Assembly: GCA_002408285.1 (NCBI GenBank)
Contig: DHRG01000013.1
Location: 4,536 to 68,535 of the forward strand
Source: Peptococcaceae bacterium UBA5318
GTDB taxonomy: Bacteria; Bacillota; Peptococcia; DRI-13; UBA5318
Direction of reading: 5' to 3'
DNA: 64,000 nucleotides
The position numbers were made by a program, and so were the translations under genes. The notes beneath the pieces are model-generated. The model did not search any database and was not told the DNA's origin. It saw nothing but the letters and a program-made list of their open reading frames with translations. Numbering within the stretch: the stretch's first letter is position 1; each line of letters opens with the position of its first letter. Below, piece after piece: positions 17,120 through 27,136 of the stretch.

Positions 17120-19564
17120 TTATCCATGAAGCCACGCGGAAAACTCCTCCAGCCAGTTCTCCTTCGCGGCGTCTTCGTTGCCGGGCCGCCCGGCTCCAGC
17201 GTGATTTAACACCCGCAAGGTTTCCGAGGATTTATCATCCAGTTCCCTTAAGACCTGGAGAATGACGGCCCGAGCTTCATCTAAGGCCGCCTCCTGCCTG
17301 AGTTTTTCCACTTTGCCTTGGAACAGGCCATCGCCGGGAGAAGGGGTTTCGGCTGCCAAGGGCGGCCCGGTGGTATTTAAGGCCGTGAGAATTTTTTCCT
17401 TCCGTTGGGCATAGGGTAAAGCCGCCAACTCGGCGGGCCAAAGGGGTGGGCCGAGATGGACGGATTGCCTGCCGTAGCGATAGGGAAACTCCAATTTCTG
17501 CGCCAAAGGTTCCAGGGGCAATCCCCCGGCGAAACGCACCGGCACAAGGGGAAGCTGGAGTTCTAAGGCCAGGTCGATAAACACGGAACTGACTTTTTCC
17601 ACGGGTTTTCGGCATTGCAGGGCCCGTGTCCCTTCCGCATGGACGAGGAGGGAGAGGCCTTGCTCCCGTATTTTCTGCCTGATGTCTTGCAGCAGGTGAA
17701 GGAGGGAGGCTTGGTCCTGACGGTCGAAATAGAAGACATGGAGCAAACTGCCGTTGATCCCGGGGTATTGACCCATTTTCTCCAGCAGTTGGCCGATCCA
17801 GGTGCTTTTTTGATGCTCCTTTTTGGCAATGATGCCCACGGGCTGCCTGGCCAGCGCCGAGGTAAGATAGATAAAGAGGTGGGCTTCCACCGTCGTTTGG
17901 TGATTGGCCAGATAGAGCACAGGCCTGGCCTGCTCCAGCAGGGCCTGATAAACCGCCGCGTCTTCTACCTGGTACTCGCTGATGAATTGCCGGGCCAGCC
18001 CGGCGAAAATATCCTCCGCAACCCATTCCTGGAGGCCCAGCCGCTCTCTCCAGTATTGCCTGGCCTTAGCAATGTCCAGCTTCTCCGCGGCTCCCTTCAC
18101 CAAGATCCCTGCGCCCTTTTCCTGGCTGAACAGACGGTAGCGCCGCAGGGGGAATTCCGGATGGTACGCCTGGCAAAGGGATCCGCCTTCCTCCTCCAGG
18201 ATGATCTCGGCGGGATGTTTTTGCAACTGCGCGGCCACATACTCTTTGACGGCGATCCATGTGGTCTTCTTCTTCTCCGTCTGAGCCCCGGGGAGGGCAT
18301 AGACCTGTTCCAGGGCGCCGGGGAACCAATCCTGTTCTTTCACCCTGTCCAGGGGGAGAAAAAAGCCGTCCTCCCCTTGGTCGCCCAAGCTTGCCCCCGG
18401 AAGATAGTCTTCCTTCAGCAGAAAGCGTTTGCGGTCTCTCCTGGATAGTGCGCCCCATCTCCCTTGGGGAAAACAAATCCCCACCAGTTTCAGGGCCAGA
18501 ATGCTTTGCTCTCCCGCCGACATCGCAATGTCAAATTGCGGGAAACGCCTGTTTTCCTCGCGAAAACCGGCAAATCTCACCTCGCAGCGGACCTCGCCCG
18601 TCCTGGGAACAGGCGCATAAAATTCCACCCAGGGAACTTGCCGGGGATAACAAAAAAATTGTTCCATCGCAGGATCGGTCCACAGGGACAATTCATCATA
18701 GGGGATGGTCTGCAGCAGGCCGTCCAGCAGCCTGGGGTTTAAAATTCCGCCGGGCGCCGGACCGGGCATGGCGCTTGTTGCGGCGCTCGGCGCGGCGCTT
18801 AGTTGGGCGCGGGAGCCGTTGGCGCCGTAAAACAGCCGTTTGATAACCCGCAGCCGCGGTCCATGGAAGCAGAGATCCTGTCCGTAGGGATCTTCGATGG
18901 GCTGCGGCTCCTCGAGTTCCGGAAGGGCCGAAGGACGGGGCTTCTGGTAGTCATCACGGATTTCCACGTCGGCCGTCATCAGTGGTTCAAAGCGGGAGAG
19001 AGCAGCCGTTCCGGCTTCCCGCCAATACAAAAGGGTTGCTTTGATCCGGTGGGGGGCCAAAGCCGCAAGCTCCGTTTTGATCAGCTGCCGCTGCCCGCAC
19101 ACCAACCAGCGGTGCACCTGTACATCCCGCATGACGGTAATGACCTGCCGGGGATAGCTTTTTTGCACCTGTTGGGCTATTTTATCCAGCATGAACATAA
19201 AGGGGTAAGCCGGCAGGGTGTAGGTCGGGCAATGATCCCAGAGCCACTCCTCCCTTTTCGGGTCAATCCACACCGCCTCCCCCTCGCCGGCTGCGGCGGC
19301 AAAGGGAAGCCTTGTCAAGTCGGCAGCCTCCAGCAGGGAAGACATGGTGCGCACATAGGCTTGCCAGGCCGCGCTCATCTGCCGGACATGGTGCCGGTGA
19401 ACCGCGCTGAGTCCTTCATATAAATCAAGGATCTGCCGCGACCGCCCGTCTGCGGGATCTTCCCCGCTCCGGGCCGGGGCTGCCGGCCTTTTCGCCTCAT
19501 ACATGGCCATCACACCCGGAAGCTGGGGCGCAGGCTCCAAGGTCTGGACCTCACAGGAATTCAT
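17120..19564 (-). CDS. PKS-type dehydratase (double hot-dog) fused to a C-terminal PlsC/LPLAT (AGPAT-like) acyltransferase
   Basis: The N-terminal part carries WLWDHCPTYTLPAYPFMFMLD and a later LLDGLLQ (DxxxQ-like) motif. The C-terminus carries acyltransferase blocks: LANHQTTVEAHLF (an NHxxxxD-like block with E), HAEGTR (FPEGTR-like) and LPLVPVRF. I prefer the start at 19564 (GGGAGG 8 nt upstream, 14-nt overlap with psd) over 19603. Confidence 0.75.
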   Translation of the reverse strand: MNSCEVQTLEPAPQLPGVMAMYEAKRPAAPARSGEDPADGRSRQILDLYEGLSAVHRHHVRQMSAAWQAYVRTMSSLLEAADLTRLPFAAAAGEGEAVWIDPKREEWLWDHCPTYTLPAYPFMFMLDKIAQQVQKSYPRQVITVMRDVQVHRWLVCGQRQLIKTELAALAPHRIKATLLYWREAGTAALSRFEPLMTADVEIRDDYQKPRPSALPELEEPQPIEDPYGQDLCFHGPRLRVIKRLFYGANGSRAQLSAAPSAATSAMPGPAPGGILNPRLLDGLLQTIPYDELSLWTDPAMEQFFCYPRQVPWVEFYAPVPRTGEVRCEVRFAGFREENRRFPQFDIAMSAGEQSILALKLVGICFPQGRWGALSRRDRKRFLLKEDYLPGASLGDQGEDGFFLPLDRVKEQDWFPGALEQVYALPGAQTEKKKTTWIAVKEYVAAQLQKHPAEIILEEEGGSLCQAYHPEFPLRRYRLFSQEKGAGILVKGAAEKLDIAKARQYWRERLGLQEWVAEDIFAGLARQFISEYQVEDAAVYQALLEQARPVLYLANHQTTVEAHLFIYLTSALARQPVGIIAKKEHQKSTWIGQLLEKMGQYPGINGSLLHVFYFDRQDQASLLHLLQDIRQKIREQGLSLLVHAEGTRALQCRKPVEKVSSVFIDLALELQLPLVPVRFAGGLPLEPLAQKLEFPYRYGRQSVHLGPPLWPAELAALPYAQRKEKILTALNTTGPPLAAETPSPGDGLFQGKVEKLRQEAALDEARAVILQVLRELDDKSSETLRVLNHAGAGRPGNEDAAKENWLEEFSAWLHG

Positions 19565-20483
19565 CAAGATTCGCCTCCCTATCCTTTCGGGCTTGGCGGC
19601 CAACAGCCTCTCCCGCCAATACCTTCACCTCATAACCCTTTTCGGTCTGCAGCAGGATATCTTCATCAACCGCAGCCGTCCCTTTCTCCAAAAACAGCAG
19701 GATGGTCGAGCCGCCCAGCTTGAAGTAGCCTTTTTCCTCTCCCCTGGCAACGATGGCGTCCGGCCGATAGATTTGCACGATGGAACCCACAAAAGCGGCG
19801 CCGATCTCCACGTAGGCGATGTCCCGGAAGTTCGCGGACCGCAGGATGCTGACTGCCCTCTTGTTCCGGCAAAAAAGCGCCGGGATGGCCTGCAAGGCCA
19901 GGGGATTCACGGAATAGTAACAGCCTTTGAGGCCTTTGCTGGCGGTGCACCTTCCGCTGTCGATGAAATGGAAGCGATGGTAGTCGGCCAGCCCAAGGCG
20001 CAAGGCCAGGCATACCCCGCCTTGATACTTGCGGGCCAGCCCCCTGTCCCCCAGAAGCTCTTCCAGGGTGTAAGAAAAACCTTTGACCTGGATCACGCGC
20101 TCAATGTCGATATTGGCCCAGGCCCGCATCTTCCCGTCCCCGGGCGATACGAGGAGACGGGGATCCGCCGCAAACTTGCGGGCTTCCGGTTTGAGCTTCC
20201 GGGCAAAGAAGGCGTTAAAATTGGGGAAATCTTGGGGCTCCTGGAGGCACTCCGACAGATCGAGGCCGTGCTCTTCCGCAAAGCCTTTGATTTTACGGGC
20301 GCTGAAGGGAAAATCATGCAGCTTGCCAAGGATAAAGGGGTAAATCTTCCGTTTCAACAGCAGTTCAAGCCCCAGCCGGCCCAGGGCCGTATGGTAGATG
20401 CGCCTGATCGCCTCTTCGCCCGCCACCTTCTCGGTTTCATAGCCCTTCGTTTTTCTGTTGTAAATTTGATAGCTTTTGCTCAT
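19551..20483 (-). CDS. psd: Phosphatidylserine decarboxylase proenzyme
   Basis: Family-typical segments are present: ...FFARKLKPEARKF..., ...LADYHRFHF... and the self-cleavage region GYFKLGGSTILLF. Confidence 0.85.
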   Translation of the reverse strand: MSKSYQIYNRKTKGYETEKVAGEEAIRRIYHTALGRLGLELLLKRKIYPFILGKLHDFPFSARKIKGFAEEHGLDLSECLQEPQDFPNFNAFFARKLKPEARKFAADPRLLVSPGDGKMRAWANIDIERVIQVKGFSYTLEELLGDRGLARKYQGGVCLALRLGLADYHRFHFIDSGRCTASKGLKGCYYSVNPLALQAIPALFCRNKRAVSILRSANFRDIAYVEIGAAFVGSIVQIYRPDAIVARGEEKGYFKLGGSTILLFLEKGTAAVDEDILLQTEKGYEVKVLAGEAVGRQARKDREANLDEFL

Positions 20484-20539
20484 GCGGCCTCCCCCCTCTC
20501 ATCTTCTCAGCTTCTCACCGTCTTCTATCTTCTGATATC

Positions 20540-21151
20540 TTATATTCTGAGCAAGCCCGTGATGATGGCCGCCGGAATGAGTACATACAACGACTTGGTA
20601 AACCAGCCGTTCTTATCATAGCGGAAGGAGGAATTCATCAGGAGGGCCAAGAGGATAAACAAAGGATAGCAAAAAGAGAGGGGTCCTCCCCGGAAAAAAG
20701 CCAGGTACAGGATGAGGGCCAGGAAGACCAGGGCGCCGGCGTGGGTCGTACAGAGCCCTGTAAAGCAGTTTTTGCCCCGAACCTTGACCAAGCCTTCCAG
20801 GTTATAATTGGCCAGCCGCCACAGGCCCGACAGGGCGTAGAGATAAAGGGCCCCTCCGGCCGGCAGGCCCTTAAAACCCAGGGAATAGGCCATGAGGGCC
20901 GGAAGGACGGCAAAATTAACAACATCGGCCAGGCTGTCCAGTTCCCTGCCAAACTCCGTTTCCAACTGAAGTCTGCGGGCCGCCATTCCGTCCAGCCGAT
21001 CGGACAGCAAAGCCAGGGCATAAAGGACCAAGGCCGGCTGATAACTTTCTTGTGAAAATAGCAGGTAGGCGCTAAGCCCCGCGCCTAGGGAAAAGGCCGT
21101 GATGAGATTGGGAAGATTGAGATGTTTCAGGGTGGGAAAAATTTTAAGCAT
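20540..21151 (-). CDS. pssA: CDP-alcohol phosphatidyltransferase, most likely CDP-diacylglycerol--serine O-phosphatidyltransferase
   Basis: The motif DRLDGMAARRLQLETEFGRELDSLAD fits D-G-x2-A-R-x8-G-x3-D-x3-D. The protein is polytopic. The PssA assignment is supported by the adjacent psd. Confidence 0.75.
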   Translation of the reverse strand: MLKIFPTLKHLNLPNLITAFSLGAGLSAYLLFSQESYQPALVLYALALLSDRLDGMAARRLQLETEFGRELDSLADVVNFAVLPALMAYSLGFKGLPAGGALYLYALSGLWRLANYNLEGLVKVRGKNCFTGLCTTHAGALVFLALILYLAFFRGGPLSFCYPLFILLALLMNSSFRYDKNGWFTKSLYVLIPAAIITGLLRI

Positions 21152-22877
21152 GTTGCACCTCCGCGAAGTGCCTTTTCATATAGAAGTATTCCTCGGAGAA
21201 CCCATGCACGCCCTGGCGCCTGAGGATTTTTTTCCCGATCAGGGGATGGCCGTACAGCGAATTTACCAGGGCCAAGGCCTCTTCGTAGCCGATCCCCTCC
21301 TTGATCCCATAGGTGGAGGGTTCGTCCGCCACAACGCGCCCTTCCTTGGCAACGATGCCGTACTGCTCCAGATGCCTGTCGATATGGCTGCCCTTGGCCA
21401 AAACCCAGGGGTTGGCGCTGATCACGGCTATTTTGTCATGGTTCCTTTCCAGAAAAGCAATGGTCTCCTGGGCCTCCTCCCTGGTTTCCGAGGGGAACCC
21501 AAACATCACATGCAATTCCACGGCAATGCCGTTTTCAGCGCACTTATCCAGCGTAAGCTGGGCGGTTTCCCGGCTGTAGCCCTTGCGCATCGCCGAGACA
21601 ATCCGCCGGCACCCTGATTCAAAACCGAGGGAAAGAAAGCGGCAGCCGGCTTGGGCCGCCAGTCCGATACTATCCGGCAGCCCTTTTTCAAAACGCATCA
21701 TCGTGCCGAAACGGATGTTGATTCCCTCCTGCAAAATCCGCTCCGCTAAAAACCGCAGGGTTGCAGGGGCCATGGCTTCATCGGCAAAGACGATAAAATC
21801 TATGCCGTAGTCCTCGCGATACAACCGAATATTCCGGATGATCCTTTCCGGGGGCAGCGGGCGCCACTTGCTCCCAATCGTTTCGGCCAGCGCGCAAAAG
21901 GCGCATTTGTTCCAATAGCAGCCGCGGGAAGACATCAGCGGCGCAAAGACCAGGGGCGTCAGATATTTTTTGCCTACCGGCAGACCCTTTAAGTCCAGCA
22001 GGGGCAATTTAGCAGGCTCCATGGTTTTCGCCTGGCGATTGATTTTCAGGACCTCCCCCTTCCGGTCGTAGTAGAGGAGCCGGGGGAGCCCCCCAGGCTG
22101 TTCCTTCTTCTCCAGGCAGCGGCACAAGGCCAGCAGCGGTTCTTCGCCTTCCCCGTAAATACCGAAGGGCTGTAACAGCCGGCGCAGGCCCTCTTCCTGT
22201 TTGTTCCCGGCGCAGCCCGTACCGCTCCCGTCTTGGACGGCATCGCACAGGAGGGAAAAAAACGAGCCCCCGCATACCATCGGAACTTTCAAGGCGCTTC
22301 TTATTTCCGCGGTCAGCGCCAAGCCGGGGTACAACTGGCTCTCGTAATTATAGGAGAGGCCGATCAAGTCCGGCTGAAATGCGGCGATCTGCGGGATCAG
22401 CTTTTTTTGATAGTAGGCCAGGAAGGGGTTTTCCCCTGCGTTCTCCAGCATGCCTTCCCTTGAATAAAGACAGTTCAGCGTATAGATGGTGGGCAAATTC
22501 GCCAAGGACGTAAACAGCAGGACATTGTTGACGGCTGCGGTCGCTCTCTCGAAGTTATCCTTGGTGACGGCGAAGCCTTCTTCGCGCCACACCTCTTGGA
22601 CAACGGCAAAATCCTCCTCGATCCCGCCGCTGACTTTACTTATCTCTTCTTTTTGCGGATAAGAGCATGCCGGACCCACGGAGGCTAAGAAGCCCTTGGC
22701 CTCTTGAATTTTATCCCGCAGCCTTTCCGGAAACAGCTGAAAATGCAGGAACTCTATGGAAGCGTCAATCGTGGCCACCTCGAGGCCCTCCTGGCGCAAA
22801 TAGGAGGATAAGGCCATGATACTGAGTGGGGGTGTAAAAGGCGCCAAACCGGGAGGGCTTAATAAAACAACTTTCAT
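21144..22877 (-). CDS. B12-binding-domain-type radical SAM enzyme
   Basis: The N-terminus is Rossmann-like ([34 protein letters not shown]...DLIGLS). The cluster motif is SSRGCYWNKCAFCAL, and FLSLGFESG and later barrel strands follow. The three Cys are spaced Cx4Cx2C. Confidence 0.8.
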   Translation of the reverse strand: MKVVLLSPPGLAPFTPPLSIMALSSYLRQEGLEVATIDASIEFLHFQLFPERLRDKIQEAKGFLASVGPACSYPQKEEISKVSGGIEEDFAVVQEVWREEGFAVTKDNFERATAAVNNVLLFTSLANLPTIYTLNCLYSREGMLENAGENPFLAYYQKKLIPQIAAFQPDLIGLSYNYESQLYPGLALTAEIRSALKVPMVCGGSFFSLLCDAVQDGSGTGCAGNKQEEGLRRLLQPFGIYGEGEEPLLALCRCLEKKEQPGGLPRLLYYDRKGEVLKINRQAKTMEPAKLPLLDLKGLPVGKKYLTPLVFAPLMSSRGCYWNKCAFCALAETIGSKWRPLPPERIIRNIRLYREDYGIDFIVFADEAMAPATLRFLAERILQEGINIRFGTMMRFEKGLPDSIGLAAQAGCRFLSLGFESGCRRIVSAMRKGYSRETAQLTLDKCAENGIAVELHVMFGFPSETREEAQETIAFLERNHDKIAVISANPWVLAKGSHIDRHLEQYGIVAKEGRVVADEPSTYGIKEGIGYEEALALVNSLYGHPLIGKKILRRQGVHGFSEEYFYMKRHFAEVQHA

Positions 22878-25800
22878 CAGGTGTTGCTCCTTTCCTCAAA
22901 GGCAACCGCCAGCATCAGCTTGATCCTGTTTAACTGGTTTACCTCGCTCGCGCCCGCATCATAATCCACCGGAATGATATTGGCCTGGGGATACCTTCTT
23001 TTCAACTCCTTCATCATTCCTTTCCCCGTTATTTGGTTGGCCAGGCAGGCAAAAGGCTGGACGCACACGATATTCCCGACGCCGCTCTCCAACTGCTCCA
23101 GCATCTCGCCCGTCAAGTACCAGCCTTCGCCGGCCTGATGGCCCAAAGACAGGAGCTCGCCGGCCCTTGCGGCCATGTCCCTCAGCGTGGGAGGCGCTGT
23201 AAACTTGCGGCTGCCTCGCAGCGCCTTTTTCATGTCTTGGCGGTAGTACTCCAGCACTTCTATGACAATTTTATCCGCCCACAGCTTCCTTTTGCTCCAG
23301 GAAAGCTTCTTGTATTTGAAGTCGGAGTCAGAGGCATTATAGAGGAGATAATTCATGAGGCCGGGGAGTATGACTTCCACCCCGCTGTCCTCCAGGATTT
23401 CCACGATATTGTTATTCCCCAGGGGATGGTACTTGACAAAGATCTCGCCCACCACCGCCACCTTGGGTTTGCTGATCTCCCGGGTTTCCAGGGCGTCGAA
23501 GTCCTCCACAATCCCGTAGAGGTTCTTGGAAAACTCGGCCTGACTGCCGCTGCCCACGGACTCCCTGCACCTTTCCACCCATTGTTCATACAGGCGCTTG
23601 GCAGCCCCCGGAATTTTTTCATAAGGCCTCACCTGGTGCAATACCTGCAGCAACAGGTCGCCGTAAACAATGCTCATGATAAACCTCTTGAGCAGGCCCG
23701 GAGTCATGTGGACGGCCTGAGGGCCGCCGCCCAGGGCCGTAGGAACGAAGGGGATTACCGGTATGGCCGCCAAGCCGGCGGCCGCCAGTCCTTTCTTCAT
23801 AAAGCCGAGGTAATTGGTGGCCCGGCACATCCCCCCCGTCTTATAGACGGCCACGGCGATATTATCCAGGTCATACCGGCCGGAGCGCAAAGCCTTGATG
23901 CACTGGCCGATGAGAACCACGGCGGGGTAGCAGGCCTCCTGAGTGACATATTTCAGGCCCTCCTCCAGCACATCCCTGGCTTCGGCCGGCCCTGCGGCCA
24001 AGACCTCCAGATCGTAGCCGCAAGCCTGGAAGGCCGCCTCAAAAAACTGGTCGTGGAAAGGGGACAACTGGTAGAGCAAAATTTTAGGCTTTGCGGCCTT
24101 TGCTCTTGGGGGCAATTGCGCGTTCCCGGACTGGGCCGCCTGCAACAAGGGGGGCGCGGTCTTTCTCTCCTCAAGGGCCGCTTGCAAAGAGCGGAGCCGG
24201 ACCCTGAAGATGCCCTTTTGACTCATTTCATCGATTTTAATGGCGGTATGGATCTTCCGGCCCTTTTTCAAGAGCTCCCTGACCTGTTCCAGGGCGATGG
24301 CATCAAGACCGCAGCCGAAGGAATTGAGCTGAACCAACTCCAGGTTGTCACGAGCGCTCACCAGGGCGGCGGCCGCGTAAAGCCTGGACTGGTACATCCA
24401 CTGGTCGACGAAGAGAAGAGGCCTTTCGATCCGGCCCAAGTGGGCAAGGGACTGGACGGAGAGCACGGCCATCCCTAGATCCAGGATCATCTCGTCAATC
24501 CTGTGATTGACCTCAGGGTCCAGGTGATAGGGTTTGCCCGCCAGCACGATCCCCGTTGTTCCCGTTCGTTCCAGGTACTCCAGGGTTTCCTCGCCTTTTT
24601 TCCGCAGATCCTCCTTGACCTGCCCAACCTCTTCCCGGCCCCGCGCCACCGCGGCGGCTATTTCTTTTTTGGTGACGCCGAACTCTTGCAATTCCTCAAA
24701 GAGCCTTTGCGCCAGCCTTCCTTCGTCATGGTACGGTAAAAAGGGGCTTAAGAAGCGAACCTGCCCGTCCCGCAGGATGTCCATATTATTCCGGATGACC
24801 TCGGGATAGGAGGTCACAATGGGGCAGTTGTAGTGGTCGTCGGCTCCCGCCATCTCCTTTTGCTCATAGGGAAGGCAAGGATAAAAAATCGTTTTGATCC
24901 CCCGGCGAACCAGGGAGGCGATATGCCCGTGGACCAATTTCGCAGGATAACACAGCGTTTCCGAAGGGATGGTGTCCATGCCCTCTTCATAAATGGCCCG
25001 GGAGGAAAGGGGGGACAGTTCTACCCTGAACCCCAGGCTGGTAAAGAACACGAACCAGAAGGGATAGTTCTCGTACATATTGAGTACCCGGGGCAGGCCG
25101 ACGGCGCCCCGGGGGGCTTGCTCCAGGGGTAAGGGGATGTAGGAAAACTTCCTTTGCAATTCATAAGCGAAGAGATTGGGGATCTCCTTGTTTTTGCGGT
25201 TATCACCGGCCCCCCGCCGGCATTGATGGCCCGAGACAATCCTGGCGCAGTGGTTAAAGGTATGGATGGCGACGGCGCAGTGATTCGGGCATTTCTCACA
25301 CCTTTGCAAGGTTTGCAGGACCCGCAGTTCCCGCAACTGCCCCTCTTGGAGCAAGGTGCTCTCCTGCCCTTCCCGGTACCCCTCCCGGGCGGCCAGGGCC
25401 GCCCCCAACGCCCCCATCAGGCCCGCCAGCGCGGGTCTGACCACCTTTCTTCCCGCCAGGAGTTCAAAACAACGCAAGACGGCGTCGTTTAGAAAGGTCC
25501 CGCCCTGGACGACGATGTTCTCACCCAGATCCGCGGGGTTTCTGACGTTGATCACCTTTATCAGCGCGTTTTTGATCACCGCGTAGGATAAGCCTGCGGC
25601 GATGTCCGCCAGGGAAGCGCCCTCCTTCTGGGCTTGTTTGACTCTGGAATTCATAAAAACGGTGCACCTGGTGCCCAGATCAACGGGCTGCTGCGCCGCC
25701 AAGGCGGCGGTGGCGAATTGCCCGATATCCATGTTCAAGGATTTAGCAAATGTTTCCAGGAAGGACCCACAACCGGCCGAACAGGCCTCGTTCACGAGAA

Positions 25801-27136
25801 TGCCGGCGATGGCGCCCTCCCGTATTTTCAGGCACTTCATATCCTGCCCGCCGATATCCAGGATGAAATCAACCCCGGGCAGAAATTTGCGGGCGGCCTT
25901 GTAGTGGGCGATGGTTTCTACCACGCCGAGATCGAGGCCCAGGGCGGTTTTCAACAGCCCTTCCCCATAGCCTGTTACCGCCGAATTGGCGATGACCGCC
26001 TGTGCCGGCAGACGCCGGTAGATCTGGCCCAGGATTTCCCGGGCTTTCTCCAAAGGCCTTCCTTCATGATTGGCGTAGTAGGAATAGCGTATCTCCTCTT
26101 CTTCATCGATCAGCACGGCTTTGATGGTGGTAGAGCCCGCGTCGATTCCCAGAAAGCAGCGGCCTTGCCAAGGGCCCTGCTCCTTGGTCTTCCCTGTTGC
26201 AGCCTGATGCCTCCTGTAAAAATCGGCTTTCTCCTGCTGATCCCTGAACAAGGGTGTCAGCCGCTTAACCTCCTCGGCCTCCATCTCGCCTGTGGACAAC
26301 ACTTTTTCCCGGAAAGCCGCAAAAGGCCTGCTTGCTTCCCCGCCGGCCGCCAGGGCCGCCCCGGCGGCCGCCAAAACAAGGGAATTCTCGGGCAGAATAG
26401 CAGCCTGCTCCGCCAGGCGCAAGGTTTCCTTGAATCTTTGCCGCAGGGCGGGCAAATAGGTAAGGGGGCCGCCCAAAAACAGCACCTTGCCTTGGATGGG
26501 CTTGCCGCAGGAAAGGCCGCTGACAATCTGGTTGACCACCGCCTGCAAAACGGAGGCGGCGATATCCTCCCTGCCGACGCCCTCGTTGATCAGCGGCAGG
26601 ATGTCCGTCTTGGCGAACACACCGCAACGGGAGGCGATGGGGTAGATGGTCGTATACCCGGCGGCAAGCTTGTCAAGGCCTGCCGGGTCCGTGTTCAGCA
26701 GCGCGGCCATCTGGTCGATGAAAGCCCCGGTCCCCCCGGCACAGATCCCGTTCATTCTCTGGTCGATGCCCGTTTTTTCAAAATAAAGGATTTTAGCGTC
26801 TTCGCCCCCCAGTTCAATAGCTACGTCCGCTTTTTCCCCGAGGGTCCTCAGGGCCTTGGCGGTGGCCGCCACTTCCTGGACATAGGCGGCTTCCAGCCAG
26901 CGGGCCAGGAGCACGCCCCCGGAACCCGTGAGGGCGAGGGTGATGTCCGCCCCCCCCAGGGCCGGCGTGGCTTGCTCCACCAACTCCGCCAGGGTCTCTT
27001 TTATCCTGGAAAAATGCCGCCTGTAGCTGCCGTACAAAAGCGTCTTGCCCTCCAACGCCACCAGTTTTATGGTAGTGGAGCCTATATCCAGCCCCACCTG
27101 CAACAATCTTTTTTCTTTGCCCATGCCCTTTACCAT
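22877..27136 (-). CDS. 1419-aa fused BCR/HAD-family protein: two BcrAD/BadFG-type activase ATPase domains plus 2-hydroxyacyl-CoA-dehydratase-like domains (PlsA/PlsR- or Ger-like candidate)
   Basis: There are two acetate/sugar-kinase-fold ATPase modules ([15 protein letters not shown]... and [15 protein letters not shown]...). A Cys-rich segment follows ([27 protein letters not shown]). The C-terminal half is HgdB/D-component-like and ends ...[38 protein letters not shown]. Confidence 0.8.
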   Translation of the reverse strand: MVKGMGKEKRLLQVGLDIGSTTIKLVALEGKTLLYGSYRRHFSRIKETLAELVEQATPALGGADITLALTGSGGVLLARWLEAAYVQEVAATAKALRTLGEKADVAIELGGEDAKILYFEKTGIDQRMNGICAGGTGAFIDQMAALLNTDPAGLDKLAAGYTTIYPIASRCGVFAKTDILPLINEGVGREDIAASVLQAVVNQIVSGLSCGKPIQGKVLFLGGPLTYLPALRQRFKETLRLAEQAAILPENSLVLAAAGAALAAGGEASRPFAAFREKVLSTGEMEAEEVKRLTPLFRDQQEKADFYRRHQAATGKTKEQGPWQGRCFLGIDAGSTTIKAVLIDEEEEIRYSYYANHEGRPLEKAREILGQIYRRLPAQAVIANSAVTGYGEGLLKTALGLDLGVVETIAHYKAARKFLPGVDFILDIGGQDMKCLKIREGAIAGILVNEACSAGCGSFLETFAKSLNMDIGQFATAALAAQQPVDLGTRCTVFMNSRVKQAQKEGASLADIAAGLSYAVIKNALIKVINVRNPADLGENIVVQGGTFLNDAVLRCFELLAGRKVVRPALAGLMGALGAALAAREGYREGQESTLLQEGQLRELRVLQTLQRCEKCPNHCAVAIHTFNHCARIVSGHQCRRGAGDNRKNKEIPNLFAYELQRKFSYIPLPLEQAPRGAVGLPRVLNMYENYPFWFVFFTSLGFRVELSPLSSRAIYEEGMDTIPSETLCYPAKLVHGHIASLVRRGIKTIFYPCLPYEQKEMAGADDHYNCPIVTSYPEVIRNNMDILRDGQVRFLSPFLPYHDEGRLAQRLFEELQEFGVTKKEIAAAVARGREEVGQVKEDLRKKGEETLEYLERTGTTGIVLAGKPYHLDPEVNHRIDEMILDLGMAVLSVQSLAHLGRIERPLLFVDQWMYQSRLYAAAALVSARDNLELVQLNSFGCGLDAIALEQVRELLKKGRKIHTAIKIDEMSQKGIFRVRLRSLQAALEERKTAPPLLQAAQSGNAQLPPRAKAAKPKILLYQLSPFHDQFFEAAFQACGYDLEVLAAGPAEARDVLEEGLKYVTQEACYPAVVLIGQCIKALRSGRYDLDNIAVAVYKTGGMCRATNYLGFMKKGLAAAGLAAIPVIPFVPTALGGGPQAVHMTPGLLKRFIMSIVYGDLLLQVLHQVRPYEKIPGAAKRLYEQWVERCRESVGSGSQAEFSKNLYGIVEDFDALETREISKPKVAVVGEIFVKYHPLGNNNIVEILEDSGVEVILPGLMNYLLYNASDSDFKYKKLSWSKRKLWADKIVIEVLEYYRQDMKKALRGSRKFTAPPTLRDMAARAGELLSLGHQAGEGWYLTGEMLEQLESGVGNIVCVQPFACLANQITGKGMMKELKRRYPQANIIPVDYDAGASEVNQLNRIKLMLAVAFEERSNT

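Noticed and set aside
19565-19603. The longer start (19603) for the DH-acyltransferase gene, and similar upstream track starts for dnaA (52665), dnaN (51103), gyrB (48519), serA (42013), mnmE (55255), mnmG (56661), soj (60509), the NHL gene (12043) and the FecR-domain gene (10503).
   Set aside because: In each case an internal ATG, GTG or TTG has a Shine-Dalgarno sequence at proper spacing and matches the conserved family N-terminus. The upstream extensions have neither.
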